Assembly: GCA_051294375.1 (NCBI GenBank)
Contig: CM119263.1
Location: 6,234,932-6,298,931 of the forward strand
DNA from: Paraspadella gotoi
Lineage: Eukaryota; Animalia; Chaetognatha
Length of the DNA stretch: 64,000 nucleotides
Direction: 5' to 3'
A program made the position numbers and the translations under genes. The notes under the pieces are model-generated. The model was not told where the DNA came from, made no database searches, and saw nothing but the letters and a program-made list of their open reading frames with translations. Below are positions 43,337-57,210 of this stretch, piece by piece. Numbering within the stretch: position 1 is the first letter of the stretch; every line of letters starts with the position of its first letter.

Positions 43337-45343
43337 TCATTGGATGAGCTCGACGTAGTTGGCGGGAAACATCCCCCTGGCGCCGTCGGGTCCGTCGCCG
43401 ATCCACCAACCCTCGTCGATCCGATCGATACTCGTGACGACGTCGCCGGGATCGAAGGTGATCTCCGTCCGCGCCTGGGCGAAGTGGGGGGGGGTTGGAA
43501 GGGGGGGTGGAAAGAAGGATGAGCAAGGGGATGGGGGGGGTTGGAAATGCGGGGGTGATATAAGATGTTGTGATTCTTTTTTTAGTTGATGGAGAAGGTT
43601 TGTTTTTTAGTTTTTTTGGTTTTTTTTTGCAGAAACACAATTTGTCAGAAAAGTATTAGAGAAAACAAAATTTGGGAGAAACTCGGGTCCCTCCTTTCCA
43701 AACATTAACTATGCAGAAAAAAAAGTTGTCAAAAAATATGGGAAACGTTGGTAAGTGATTTAACTTTGATAGAAATACAATAAAAGAAAATAACCAAAAA
43801 GTATCGCTTCTCGTCGAAACTGACTTAATGACAAAATTACTTATAAAATAAATGCGATAGAAATAAAAATACACAGAAACGTAAGGATCAATAATTTTTT
43901 TTTCCTTAACAAATTAAAAAAGCTGAAAATGTTTGTTTGAAAATGAAAATAACGGTCAATGACTCCTGTCAAATCGTCAAGGAATATGACACGAGCGAAT
44001 GAAAAATTCGCAATCAATTGCCCGACGTATTTTATTGAGTTCGTCATGGTCGTCGTCTTGTTCGTCGTCGTCGTCGCCAAAATTCGTAGACGTTAATGGC
44101 TCATCGTTCATCTTTACAACTGCGTTTCCGATCACATCTTTGACAGAAGAATCGTGAATTCATAGGCAAACAAAAAAAGAAGAGTTTGTTCCGGTTTCGA
44201 CAGCAGATTTTACTAACCGCTTTTCGTCAGAACAACCTCCAAGGACGAAATCGAATCTCTTCCCACTAGTTGGCCTCACCTGATAGTCGTAGAGCGCCCT
44301 CGCGCAGAGCCCCTTGTCGCGCAGGTAAGTGCGCCATTCCTCGGTGAGTCCGTCGTCCGGCGCCAGCGACGTCGACGCCGACGAATCCGACGTCGAATCC
44401 AATTCGCCGGAAAATTCGGCGCCGGAAAATTCGGCGCCGGAAAATTCGGCGGCCGAACCGCTCGTGTTCGCGGCTGAGAAGAAGGTAAGGGGAGTGGGGA
44501 AGGGAAGGAGGGTGGCGGAGGTGAGGTCAGGGTCAGGTCAGGTCAGTCCAGGTCTAATGGGACTAACTTCAAGTGGTTACGGTACATAAACGGTTTATGA
44601 TAGAAGAAAAAGGCGAATCTATTGAGAAACTAGGCTCGTTTTTCTTTTGATCGATATCAAAAATGTCCGAAAAATCCAACGGCAACCCTTGTAACTGATG
44701 CTTTTTGAAATTTTCTCGCGCCGTTCCTTTACGAAATTTTTGGGGGGGATTAAGACAAATGATAATGACTACGGACTTTTGGCTGCCCAGTTTATCCGAA
44801 TGCAATTCTCGTGTTTAATGAAAATGTAGGATAAAGAAGCAGGATGTCCCACGCATCTCCTCCAGAACTGTCAACTTTCGGACAACAACAATAGTGACAG
44901 GAATGACAGCATTTCTAACGAGCGCCGTCGCAAAAGCATATGCTGCTTTCTTTGCCTGCTTTTCCCCATCGTTGCCGAATGCCGATATGGAATTTTTTTA
45001 ATAGATTTTTAAAAGTGTACCAAATTTCTTTCTTTTACTTGTCCAATCGATTATTTTAATTCAGAACCAAAAGAGCTGGAACTGTATAAATCGTTATTCA
45101 TGCGGTCGTATGAATTTTGTGTCACGAAAATAGTGACGATGATGATTACCGGAGTCGTTGTAGTGATGGTGATTTTGCTGCGGCGCATGTTGCTGATGCT
45201 GGGTCGGGTGCGGCTCCTGCTGCTGACTGCGGCCGTGCTTGACGTCGGCGCGTCGAACGGTGGACGCGTCGTAGCTGTCAGGGTCTTGGAACCCGTTGCG
45301 GATGACAGGGGCTGCGGAAGGTGGGGTGAAGTGAGAGAGAGAG

Positions 45344-45427
<84 letters not shown>

Positions 45428-48400
45428 CAGAATAGTTTGCGTAACCGTAATTTTACGTGAAAGCGGCTTTGCGAGATAACCTAAAAGATTTTCAACTCCT
45501 CGAAAGTTTCCGTCTTTTAGCCATATTGCCACTATCGGGTAAATACTAGGCTCCAAGGTCGCTTCTTACTAAAATCGAAGCGAAACAAAAAACGGGAGAA
45601 AATAAAGTTACACAACCGTCAGTTAAACGGATCGACGCCTCGTCTCTCAACCTTGCCCTCTTCTTTATCTCGACGAAATTGGATAAGTCATCGAAAATCC
45701 CTCGCAAAGAAAATTAGCGTCGGGAAGAAAAAGGGTCTCAAAGCGGCGAAGATCTCGTTATGCCGGAACTCGAGAGACTTTTGTTCATACGTGTTCGATC
45801 TCGTTATATTAGCGAAGCTCAAAACCCCGAGGGAAAATTCGAAGGATGGACATCGTAAAAAAGTTTTTTATGTTTTTTTAAGCAATTGATTCGTTGGATG
45901 GATCGAAAATTCAGGAAAGGCTGGATTCCAAAAAATATATGTACGTAGGCAGTGATTTGGTTACCCTTTACACTATACACTGTACACTATGAAGAGCTTG
46001 AAGCGCTTAATTATGACCGGGATTAAAGAAGAAGAAAAAACCGTTTTCGGTTCAGTCGGTGTGACACAGGACAGTCCAGCAGCGAGTCAGAAAGAGCCTC
46101 ATTCCATATTCACCTTCGTTCTTTTCCGGCTCCCGCATCCCTAGAGGGTAGATCATGTGACCTCCAGGAACGAAGCGCGACGTCATGGCGTTGGTCTGCG
46201 TGGCGCCGCTGGATGGAACGACTCCAGAAGAGGGCGCGACTGTCGAGGCGGCGAATCCGGTTGACGAGCGCGGTTGAGCCGGATGGCCGGTGTTGTCGTT
46301 GTCTGTAGGAAAGAGAGAAAGAGTCGGAGTGTCATCTTTCTTCGGTCTACGTCACATCGCCACCCCCGGGGTGATTTAATCCCCAATCACCATCAGCGTT
46401 GTTTTTATCATTTTCCTTTTACAAACTCTATCGTTGACTGGCGAGCTCATCAAGGCCGAGCTCAATTCTGGTACTTTTGTGGCGGTATATTCACATCACC
46501 TCACATCCACCATCTTTCAGCCAATCCCATTACTTTGTACTTTTAAATCAATAGTTTGTTGCAGCGTCGCCGATAATCGATATAGTAATGTATGAAAGAA
46601 CACTTCTGTCTTCCTTTAAAGTACAAAATTAACAACAACAACAAAAAAAACCATCCGTAACCTTAGTAACGATCACGACCGTGTCCTTACCGTCGTCCCA
46701 CTCCTGCTCTTCCTCCTCGGAATCGTAACTTTTTCTCGGCGCCAAATTCAAAGATTCTTTCAACAAATTTCTCGTCTTCGGCGTCGATGTTGAATCCGCA
46801 GGGGTCGACCGCTGAGAATGAATATTTGTACACTAATATATATTTTAAAAAATTATATTAAAAACCAAAAAAAAATTTTTTTTAAAACATTTTGTCTCCG
46901 AGAAAGAGTGATTTCTCCCCTTCCTTCTTTCCTCACCTCCGAAGGAATGATGGTCGCCGTCGGCGTTTCTATGGAAACGTCCGTCGATCTCTCCGGCGCC
47001 GACGAAGGTGGCGTGTTGTGGTGGTGATTGTCTGGGGAAGGCGGCGCCTCCGCGTTCGGGGTTTTTTGCGTCCATCCCGGCGTCGAACCGACCCTCCACG
47101 GCGTCTCTCCGACCCGTGCCACGTCCGGCGTGGAAGACGCGGGTTGAGACGCCGTTTCCAAGGACGGCTCCTTTCCGAGAGACGAGCGCGCCGGTTTCGA
47201 CGGCTGACGAGACGGCGAATCCGGCGGGAGAAGGTCGGGCAAAGGCGCGCGCGGCTCTCGGACGAGAGCGGGCTGGGGCGCCGGCGGCGTCGGGGCCGGA
47301 GGCGCGGGTCGAATAGGTGTCGGCGCCGCTGGGGCGGGGGAATGAGTCGGCGCCGAGTCGGATTCAATGGACGACGAAGCCCAAAGGTTTTTTCTCGGCG
47401 CTTTCGACGCCGCGTTATCGCTGGGAGTGACGAAAGGGGCGGGGCCATGGCGAAGGGTGGGCGCGGAGACGGGTTCGTCTTTTTTCTCCGTTTCGATTCT
47501 GTCGCAATTCAATGACGACAAAGTTAAAACCCAAAACTTCACCTTCACCACATCTACCATTTTGCCGTGAGCCACCTCTTGGATTCGTTCCTCAAAAACT
47601 CTGGATCCGTGAGTTTCTTCGCCGGCTTCGCGCTCGGCCTTTGAGAGTCCGCGTTGAGGCTCGCGATTTGCTGCTCGAAAAAAGCTTTGGGGTTGGACTC
47701 TCTTCGCTGCAGCAACGCCGACGTTTCCTATCCGCCAAAAGAAAACGAATACTAATGAGAAAAGATCGAAGAAAGCCATAAACTATTGATCCTCTTCATT
47801 CTATAGGACACATTACGTCGCCCGCACTGTGTAAGAGATGATTATTTAATATGATCCCAAATGAGATTGAATTTCTCAATCTCATTTACATATTGTAGTA
47901 TTTAACTTAAAAATGTTAATTTTCATAACTGTGATCCATCTGCTTTTTTCACCTTTGCTCTTTCTGCCTTCAACGATTCGCTCCTGTTCCTCCGCTCCTC
48001 TTCCTCGCGTAGATAAACTTGTTGTTCCGATTCCTGGTTTTTTTGAGGTGTGAATAAGCATTAGCGTCTCGAAGCTTTTTTCGTCGACTTATTGACCTTG
48101 GTCTTTGTTACGTATGGTAAAAGATGGCGGGTGAAGGACGAAAAAGTTCGTTAGTTTATACGTAATTCTCTCGAAATAATTAAGTCAGCCTCAGGGTATA
48201 TAGTAGTCTGTTCAACTGCCAGAGCTTTTAACATTTGAAATATTGGGAATACTATTTCGTACGAATGTAGAAACTGACAATGAAAAGACCATGCGAAAAT
48301 TTTATTTGGAAATTCAATTCGACATTCTGATCTAATAAGGCCAAAACTTCACCGTAAATAACGTTTAAAATTTTTTATAACTTAACAGTTAATTTTTTTA

Positions 48401-51400
48401 AAAATTCTTTAAAAAACTCTCTTTCCAATGACTTCACAATTCTTACCCAATCCTGGGATTCCTTTCTTTTGAGATGCTCCGCCTTAGCGACGGCGTTCTC
48501 GGCTTTCCGGATCTCGGCGATCGAGCGGGCGCGGTTCCGGATCTCGGCGTCCCGGCGTTTCGCCTCTTCCTCTTCTCTCTGCTTCCTTTCCTTATCTTCC
48601 GTCAGGCGACGCTCCATCGCCTGACGCCTTTCCGTTTCCACCCTCGCAGCTTCTTCCGCCTAACAAGGTGGTGACGGGGGGGGGAGGCGCAAAGAGTTCT
48701 AAAATGCCAGATCTGGTTGAATGTAATACTTACCGTAAGTACTAGTAATTAATCCCTGCTATGTTTTATGCAATAGGAAATTTCATTTTGTTATTTCGAT
48801 TCTTCTTTTGTAGATAACAGATATAGTTTTATTCCCTTTAAGAGGAAAGGTCATTCAGCATAACAATACGTAATCATTGATGTATTAGAGCTAATATATC
48901 GAGAAATACATTATAATCATCAGTAATCACAAAAAAATAAGTTTTATTTATTATGTAAACATTCTGTTTTTAATCATTTTTTTTTAAATGGGTAAATAAC
49001 AAATTGTTAAGTTAAATGGGTAAGCACATTTTTTAAAGATTTGTTTTTCAATCTGTTTGTTAAAAAATTCTAGGTAAGAAGTTAAAACATGGTAATGGGT
49101 TAGTTTTGAAGGGGAGAATTAAACAATTAATCTCGTTATTCTGTTGGTTTTCCAGTCATGAACAAAATCTTCAGTTAAATAGATGGTAAAGAAATTCGAG
49201 CTCTAATGAATCTACACTGAATTTGAAGAGTTGCAGCCTAAAACGACTGCAATAATATTGAATTAAAAATTTGATTAGCAATCTTAAAAACATTTGTAAA
49301 AATGTAATAGAGAGACATTTTGATAAACGCGTTCCAGTTAGAAAGAATTCAGGGTTAAAGTTTAAAAACGTTTCATTTTCTAGGTTACAAGTTGAAATTT
49401 AAAAATGTCTCTTATTATATTTTCGAATTCACTAATAAAAAATTCATAAAAAAATATCAGATGGATTGGCCTTTTCGTTTGACCTGCAACTCTTCAGATA
49501 GGTTTCTTTATTTAATATTATAATTAAAACCGATATAAAATGGGGTGGAATGCCATCAAATGTTTAAAGTGAATACATTTTCGGAATCGCCAGGAGCCTC
49601 AGCTTTCTGAATTTGTACTCCATTTTGCCTAATTTTGAAGTTGAATTGAATGACCCTTTTTCTTAATGCTTTATTTCCATTTTTTCCTTTATGTTTCGAT
49701 AAAAATTCCCAGCTTTTTTTTTTTTTTTGCTTTCATCTTTTTATATACTATGAATCGCAGGGATCATTTGTTTACTTGATTAGACATCGGACTTAAAACT
49801 TAAAGACTTAAACATATTTTTCTTATTTTTTCTATCTTGTTCTTATCAATTTGAATCGAAGTCATAAAACAAAATTATTGTATTAGTTATAAACATTTTA
49901 ATTTTATAACACGGACGAATGTTTATTTTATAACAATCGCCTTCTAAAATCTCCCATTCATTCCTTCGGGCTACGATATATCTTTCCTCTTTATTTATCG
50001 CCGTCGTAATCGAAAGCGATGATCCACAAGAACTAAGACGATCCAAAAGCAACGCAGTTAACCATAGAAAATAGGAAATCCTCCGATCTTTCGCCAAAAC
50101 AAATTGACTCCCAAGATTTTTTTTTTTAACGCTTTCTTTCTGCTTTTCATCTATACCTCTTTCTTTTTTCGTTGGAACCGAGGAGACTGTTTCCCCAACA
50201 TCAGTCATTTTCTACCGTCATTTCTTCACTCTGTCCCAACATTTGTGTTGTCAAATCGTCTCCCTCGTCTTTCAAACATCGTTTCCATCGTTTAAAGTTT
50301 TGAATTCCAACGAATCAGCGGACTATTTGCAGCAATCTACGGCATTATCTTTTAAATGTTAAAATCTAATTCAAATTATTATTGGCTTTAAAATGCTAAG
50401 TATTCTTAACAAACCTTTTTATCTCTTCAAGCGTTTCTTATTTCTCGTCTTAATTATCTTCTTTCACACCTTTCACACGGTCAACATACCTTCCCTCATT
50501 CCAATCTTCTCCATCTTTCTCGACTGGTCACAATGTTTCCTTACCTCCTTCTGTTGCCAAAAGGTGTTCCTCGCCCGAACGTTAATCTCTCTTGACGCCA
50601 CAGTTCGTTGGTACACGGATCCCTGAATGGAGAAAGAGGAAAAGAGGGGAGGTGGGAGGGGGTAGGGAGGGGGAAGGGGGAAGGGAAATGAGCCTGATGA
50701 AGTGACGGAAGAGTGAAGAGTGAGACACGGAGGAGAGAGAATAAGATAATATAAATAGGGGGAGGGAAAGAAGGGAGAAAATAGGAAAAGAGGTCTTAAA
50801 GGAGGAGGAAGAAGGGAATATATTAAGGAGTTAGCAAAGGAGGTAAGAAATAGGAAAGAAAGAAAATGACGGATGATGGCGGAAACGAAAAAAAGGAAGA
50901 CATTTTTTTTTTGGGGGGGGGAAATGGAGGGGAAAAAAATGACGTAAGAGAAAAGAGAAAAACGATTGGCGAAGGCAATCGACGTTTTAGTGGAGGAAAG
51001 AAAATGGAAAAAGAAGTCGGTTCAGGCAGGAAAAAAATGGGGATGGAAGAAGGGGGAATGGAGGAGGGGGGAAGGGAAGGGGGAGGGGGAAGGAGAGAAA
51101 ATGGTCGAGGGAAAGGGGTAAGAGAAAGAAGGTGGGAAAGGGAGAATAAAGAGACAAGACGAAAAAGAAAAAAAAAAACGAAGGGAAGGCCTTGAAAAAA
51201 AAAAAGCTGATAAAATCCAAAACAAAAATAGGAAAAGAGAAGACCTACGTGAAAGACTACGGCATTGACGACGCTAATAAAATCAAATGTTATATATAAT
51301 CAAATGTCGACGGCGTCGCGAGAGCTCTTGACGCGGGGAGCGGGAAGGGATGACGCAAAAGCAAGAGTATAATATATATATTACACTTAGTTAAAGCTTA

Positions 51401-54400
51401 AAGGTATTCGACGACACCTACGCCAAAAAAAGGGACATCCAACGAGGAAGGAAAGAAGAAAATGATGATTCGAAACGACGACGATGACGATGACGATGAC
51501 GACGACGACGGCCGAAAAGGTGACAATTAAAAAAAGAACTCACCACGGGAGCCTGACCCTCTGTCAGCCGAAAAGGTGACAATTAAAAAAAAAACTCACC
51601 ACGGGGGCCTGACCCTCTGTCAGCCGAAAAGGTGACAATTAAAAAAGAACTCACCACGGGGGCCTGACCCTCCGTCACGTCGTTCGCGTCTTGAATGGAT
51701 CCTTTGCGGAGCATTTTCGGGGGCGCGGTCGCCGCCGCCCTCGCCGCGTCCACTTCCGCCGGCGACGACGAGGATAATGACGACGGAGTCGACGACGGGG
51801 AAGACGACGTCGGGGAAATCGATGACGACGACGTCGGCGAACGAGCGACGGAGGCAGGCTTTTGTTTGTACGTTTTCGGGGCTGAGAGAGAATTATGAAT
51901 TTATGTGGTTAAATAGGTTAATTTAATTAATTAATTGGTTGAGCAATCGCTCAGTAAGATGTCCGGAAACACCGTTACCGGGTAAGTCTATACATGAGTA
52001 TAAGAGGTGGGCTTATCTGGATTTAATGGAGTGTGGTTCAGTGATAGTATAATTTATTATCAATTATGATATTATGATTAACTTACATAAAGGCTGGTGA
52101 TCTGATTGGCTGCCTAAAAGTGGAGATGAACAGAATGAATGAATGAATAAATGGATGAATATAATAGGGAGATTAAATCTCTCGATCTGAGAGTGATTTA
52201 CGGAATATCCTTTGACAAGCGTCGGTATTTTTTTTTTTTTTTCCGAAATAAAATCCCAAATCATTTACAGTTGCTTAGACGCATTCAATTACCCGTAGGA
52301 GGGGGAATCTTGGAGGCGCTGGCAGTGACAGGGGCGGCAGTGACAGGGGCGGCAGCGACCGAAGTGGCGGCGTTAGCGGTGGCCGAGACGGAAATGGGCG
52401 TGGCCGATTTAACTTCTGGCGCGAATCCATTGAGCTTCGTCGGTTTCGTCGGCGGCGTCGGCGCCGCTTTCGAAACGTCTTTCGACGGCGTCTTTCCAGC
52501 GTCTTCCGCCATCTCTTTAACGCTTTGCCGACGCTGTTGCTGCTGCTGCTGCTGCTGAGACTCGCTGGCACGCCTCGCCTTTTCGTGAAAGGCGTAGTTG
52601 CAACCCGAGGCCGACGCCACCTTCTTCATGACGTCATCGGCGTCGAGATCTTCTTCGCACCTGGCGTTGATGGTCACGTGATAGCCCTGGGTTTGGTATC
52701 GAGAAGGGGGGTCGGGGGGGGGGGAAGAAACATGTGAGATTATATCGTTGAACGATCGTGGGCGGAGGATGGCGAAAAGAATATGGTAAATTTGACAGGA
52801 TATGACAGCCAAGGTCTCGGAGAAAAATTAGGAATATGTCGTCATCATAACTCACTAGTCACTATTGTCATCATAACTCACTATTGTCATGAACAAAACG
52901 AAAAAAAACAAAACAAAACAAAAAAACAAAGATTCGTATGAATTTGAAATTCTTCGCGTAAACTACAAAAATATGGGAAAAAATCGACGCCGAGACTGAG
53001 AATAATACAGAGTAACAGACGTCTGCCAAGCTCCTTTTTTTTTATCACGAGACAATGGCGACCGGATCGTATTTCTAATTTCAACCGCGGCAGTATCGGC
53101 GGCGGGGGTGGGGGGGTGGGGAGGTGGGGAGAAGGGGGGAGCTATGAAAAGACGACGACGACAACGACGACGAGGCTGCCAACGACAGCCGCAATGTTTT
53201 TGAGAGAGACCCGCTAAATAAAAAATAACTGACTTTTATATCCGAAAGCGCTTTGAGGAGAAAAGAAAAGCAAAAAAAAGACATGGGAGATAAGATAAGA
53301 AAAAAGAAAGGAAATAGAAAGGGAAAGAAAAAATAAGAGATGCGGCGAGAAAACCGAACCTGAATGAATTTGGCGACGTCGGCGACGTGTTGAGCGCAGA
53401 GAGACTTGCGGCCTTGAGGCGCGCCTTCTCCTTGCTAAAAAAAAAATAAATAAAGGAAGAGCAAGGAATTTTTTTTTAAAAAATGGTTCATTATGTTGAG
53501 ATATGAATTTGAGAAATTAAAATGCAAAGCCCAAAATTTGGGAGGATTAAAAATAGGTTTTTTGTTTTTTTTAGATTATTTCAAAATTGAATTAAAATTT
53601 TTATATTAACTGTAATAATTTATTCTTCTGAGTCCTGATAAAAAGATGGTTAGGCCAACATGGGCCTTTCTTTTTTTTATCTTCTTTAATTTGGACAGGA
53701 AATATAATCCGTTGGTAACCGATAATGCAAGTGAATAGCGAATAATTTAAAATAACAGAATCCGCCCAATTATTTATTTATTTGTCGCAAATATAAAACA
53801 AAATTTTGTTCTGGTCTGACGAATGGCGGAAAAACTTATTTCATAAAATGTAACGAATAGATCAAAAAATACATTCCGTTAATAAATTTTTCAAATTAAA
53901 CGTTAAATCAATCAATTGATAAATACATTCAAACGGATTCATCGATCGATGGGTACATAGATTAATCAATCAAACAATCAATTTAATATCAATCAAATCA
54001 ATTAATCCATGAAATCAAATCAATCAATCCTTCGATACCGACCCAGTTGATGAAGACGAATTTGGGCAGATCGGTATTGGGGTCGAGTATGCTGAGGAGA
54101 CCGAAGAGAATCCTCCCCGAGTTGAGTTCGTCCAAGAGTTCGTCGAGACCCTCATCTCCGACGCCGGCGACGCAGAGGTCGTTCGAGTTCTTCTCGTAGC
54201 CGAACAACGCCCTGGGGTCCGAGGATTAAATCAAGAGTAGATGGATCGTCGAGTGGAGGAGACGAATGAATGCGGTCAATGAATCAAATCAATGCGAATG
54301 AAGGAATGAATTGGGTCAATCAAAGATCGATCTATGGATTCGATCTAAAACGTTATTGGTCATCATTTTAAATGACCCGACTGGGGTTAGGGGAGGGGGT

Positions 54401-55388
54401 GAAGGGTTAAGGGGATTTATTTTTATACACGGTTATTTAAAAGAACCAAAAAAATCTAAAATTTTACCGAATAGAGTAACAAAAAAACTACTGTACTGAT
54501 TCACGGTATTGTAATGGTTCGTCACGGGTTCAATCCCTAGCTAAAGCAAGGCTGGGCTAGATAAGTATTCGACCGCGCTTAAACGCCCCACTTCCTCTTT
54601 TCGAAGGAAAGTAGAGAATGAAGGGAAAAAAGTTGACCTAACGATGGGCAAGATAGAGGAGGAGCGACGCGTCACATCGCGAAAATCTAACCTTTATATG
54701 AAAGGATAGTTTTTTTTTTCAAATGACGCGAATAAAATCAAAGTCGGAGATCTAATTTACATTTTACGGTCGTTGACGCAAAGAATGAAACGATTCGCGA
54801 ACGTTTAATCGCTTCGGATCGGAAAGAAAATCAGTGGGAGGGTTTTTTTTTCAATTCGTCGGAAACGTCGTTTCCCTATCGTCGGATTAAACAACGGTTA
54901 ACTGGTAATTTCACTCTTTGAAGAATAAAAAGGTTTTCACGGTAACTGTAAGATTTTGTTCTTATATGGTTGGCGTTCGACAATGGAGAAAAAAAATTCA
55001 GGGGAGATTTTCTAAGATTATAATTGCAAATCAGAGGAAGATTAACAATGTTATGACGTCGTATTCTTAAATCTGATTTTAAAATGGAGATCAGACAAAT
55101 CTTGATAGCGTGAATTGTTTGTCGATTAAGCTTAAATTTGTTATTTTTCTCCTTTTCCGTCTGGTCAACTAAACCTGGAAAGAAGTGAACAAATCAAAGC
55201 TCAGTGAAATAACTTATTAGTTCAAGAGTGATTACCTTGTTCTGTTTTTCGACAAAATGATGGCTAGTTCATCAAAGGTTTGTTCTGTCCTCTCGAATAA
55301 CTCACCAGTTGGTGGGCGATTTGTCGCTTTTCACGTCGTTTAAAGCTTTCAACAAATTCGCTTCGTTCTTTTTTAAGTTGACAGCCAT
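43337..55388 (-). CDS. DBNL: Drebrin-like protein / actin-binding protein 1 (ADF-H + charged helical + Pro-rich + SH3), about 15 exons, about 930 aa
   Basis: Exons 55388-55306, 54211-54043, 53434-53360, 52686-52293, 51881-51655, 50622-50545, 48659-48447, 48033-47953, 47727-47576, 47498-46937, 46811-46691, 46302-46162 (or 46114), 45311-45150, 44473-44280 and 43474-43337. ADF-H domain: [73 protein letters not shown]. Conserved PVGSVYQRT..FW and NPKAFFEQ motifs. C-terminal SH3: [37 protein letters not shown]. Confidence 0.95.
51511..51677. repeat. Triple tandem repeat of about 56 bp spanning the DBNL exon 5 splice donor
   Basis: Unit GCCGAAAAGGTGACAATTAAAAAAAGAACTCACCACGGGGGCCTGACCCTCTGTCA, three copies. 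Confidence 0.9.
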
Positions 55389-56682
55389 TTTCGTGCGGAT
55401 CAAAACCTCGAAAATACTTCTAAATCCTCGGAGTTATTTAATTATTGTTATCGGTATAGTTTTTTTATCGTGACATTGCGCGTAAGTCAGAATAAACAGG
55501 ATCACGCGAGATATATTAAGACCTTTCCTAGAAGCGTCCAGGGTGTTTTCCTTAGTCACTCTGAAGGTACGCTCCCATAACCAGGGAAGAATCCCTCTGT
55601 CGGAGGAAATCAGTCAGAGATTCTTAACTGAGAGATGCGCTTTTGTCTAACAATGTGCCCGGGATTATGAGGCAAACGATGTATGCGTAAACAATATAAA
55701 TTAAATAGTTTTTGATGACCAATTTTTTATTTACCCCAAAAATTAAATTTGCATTTTGCAGTCTTTCAGATTTACATTTAATACGCCGGTGAATTCTCGG
55801 ATCTTTTTATATATAAATTTGTCTCATATCTAATCAAATTTTCAGGTGCAAAATAAATAAGCTTAATCTTAAGCTTAATTCTCTACAGTTTAGACAGAAA
55901 GCGACTATAAACTGGATCGTTTTCGCCATCGTCCCGCTCACGTTACGAACGAGGAGCAGTTTGTGCGGTTTTTGGTCGCGAAGAAAGGAGGGACGTTGAT
56001 GAAATTTTTTCCACAAGTTTAACTACATGTTGCCGCAGGTTTGGAAAAATAGCGGCGGAAAGTTGGAATCAATTTGATTAGCAGACCGGAAGTTTCAGTA
56101 ACGACAGGTAATTTAAATTAAAAAATGTTATCAAATTTTAGTTTATTAATTTGTTAATCTTCCATTTCACCCATTTCGCAACGCCCTCTTCGTCCGATTG
56201 AAAGAACCCCCTCCTCGACATAGCGGAGAGGGAGAAGACGTCGGGAAGAGAAACTGGACTAAAGACCGGGACCGGCTGGCGCCGTAATGTTTATAATAAA
56301 GTTTCTTATGCCTTATGAAACGTCTTGATGTTTAATGGTACTTAATAAAATAATCAAAGCATATAGATATTCAGCTGTTCTTACCGGCGAACAATTGTAA
56401 TATCTATATGAATATTCAACAGTAAAATAATCAATATTAGTCCAATTATTCGCAAAGGAAAAAGTAATAAGACGCAATAGATCACAAAGTATTAATCGGC
56501 TTTTTCTTATATCCATTCCAAAACGTGATGAGAAATGTTTTACACTCTTTATACAATATTAAAGTCTTTTGTTTACATGCAGCTTCTTTCCGCAGCCGAC
56601 GGACAGCAGACGATGGGCCCGCTGACCGAACGGGCCGTTATTTGATATAATAAGTGGTCGTCAGGACTTTACACGATCTCAG

Positions 56683-57210
56683 GTGAGCGGTGACGCCGCG
56701 GCGTTGCGTCGCGTCGCTTACGAACTCTGTCAGGGCGTCGTTTATTTCGAGACGCGACTGGCGCCGCAGCTGCTGACGACCCCGGTAAACTCGACGACGC
56801 CGACTCTGGGCTTGGAAGATGTCGTCTACGCCGTCAACGAGGGACTCGATCGCGGCGCCAAAGACTTTGGCGTCGTCGCGCATTCGATTCTCTGTTTTTT
56901 GAGGACGGTGATTCGGGTGGCGCCATCATCCCGTCCGGCGCTTCTTCGAAGATGGCATCAAGTTCTCCGTCAATACGGACGACCCGACGGTGACGGGTGA
57001 CGGGTGACGGTGACGGGTCACGATCTCGTCGACGATTACGACACTGTCGTCGCCAAGGACGGGGTCGGGCTGCCGCTGGAGGCGCTGATTAACACAGTTT
57101 ACGATTCGCTCGACTCGGCATTCGTGGACGACGGCGAGAGGGCGCTGTTGCGGGCGATCGTTGCTAAAAAGTGGCAGGCGATGGTCAATGAGTTCAAAAT
57201 CGGAGAGTGA
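56683..57210 (+). pseudogene. Adenosine deaminase (ADA-like) pseudogene fragment, intronless
   Basis: Three pieces in different frames. GDAAALRRVAYELCQGVVYFETRLAPQLL..VVYAVNEGLDRGAKDFGVVAHSILCFLR resembles ADA [65 protein letters not shown] (from 56921) holds the catalytic NTDDP motif. LVDDY...SAFVDDGERALL is the C-terminal helix. There is a large central deletion, the N-terminal HxH motif is not seen, and a GTGACGG repeat expansion causes a frameshift. Confidence 0.8.

Noticed and set aside
49100-49640. Possible LINE reverse-transcriptase remnant (minus-strand DGIP..F-like peptide)
   Set aside because: Too degenerate, with no sustained frame or diagnostic RT motif.
51511-51677. Regularly spaced repeats resembling a CRISPR array
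   Set aside because: The units are head-to-tail with no unique spacers, there are no cas genes, and the context is a eukaryotic intron.
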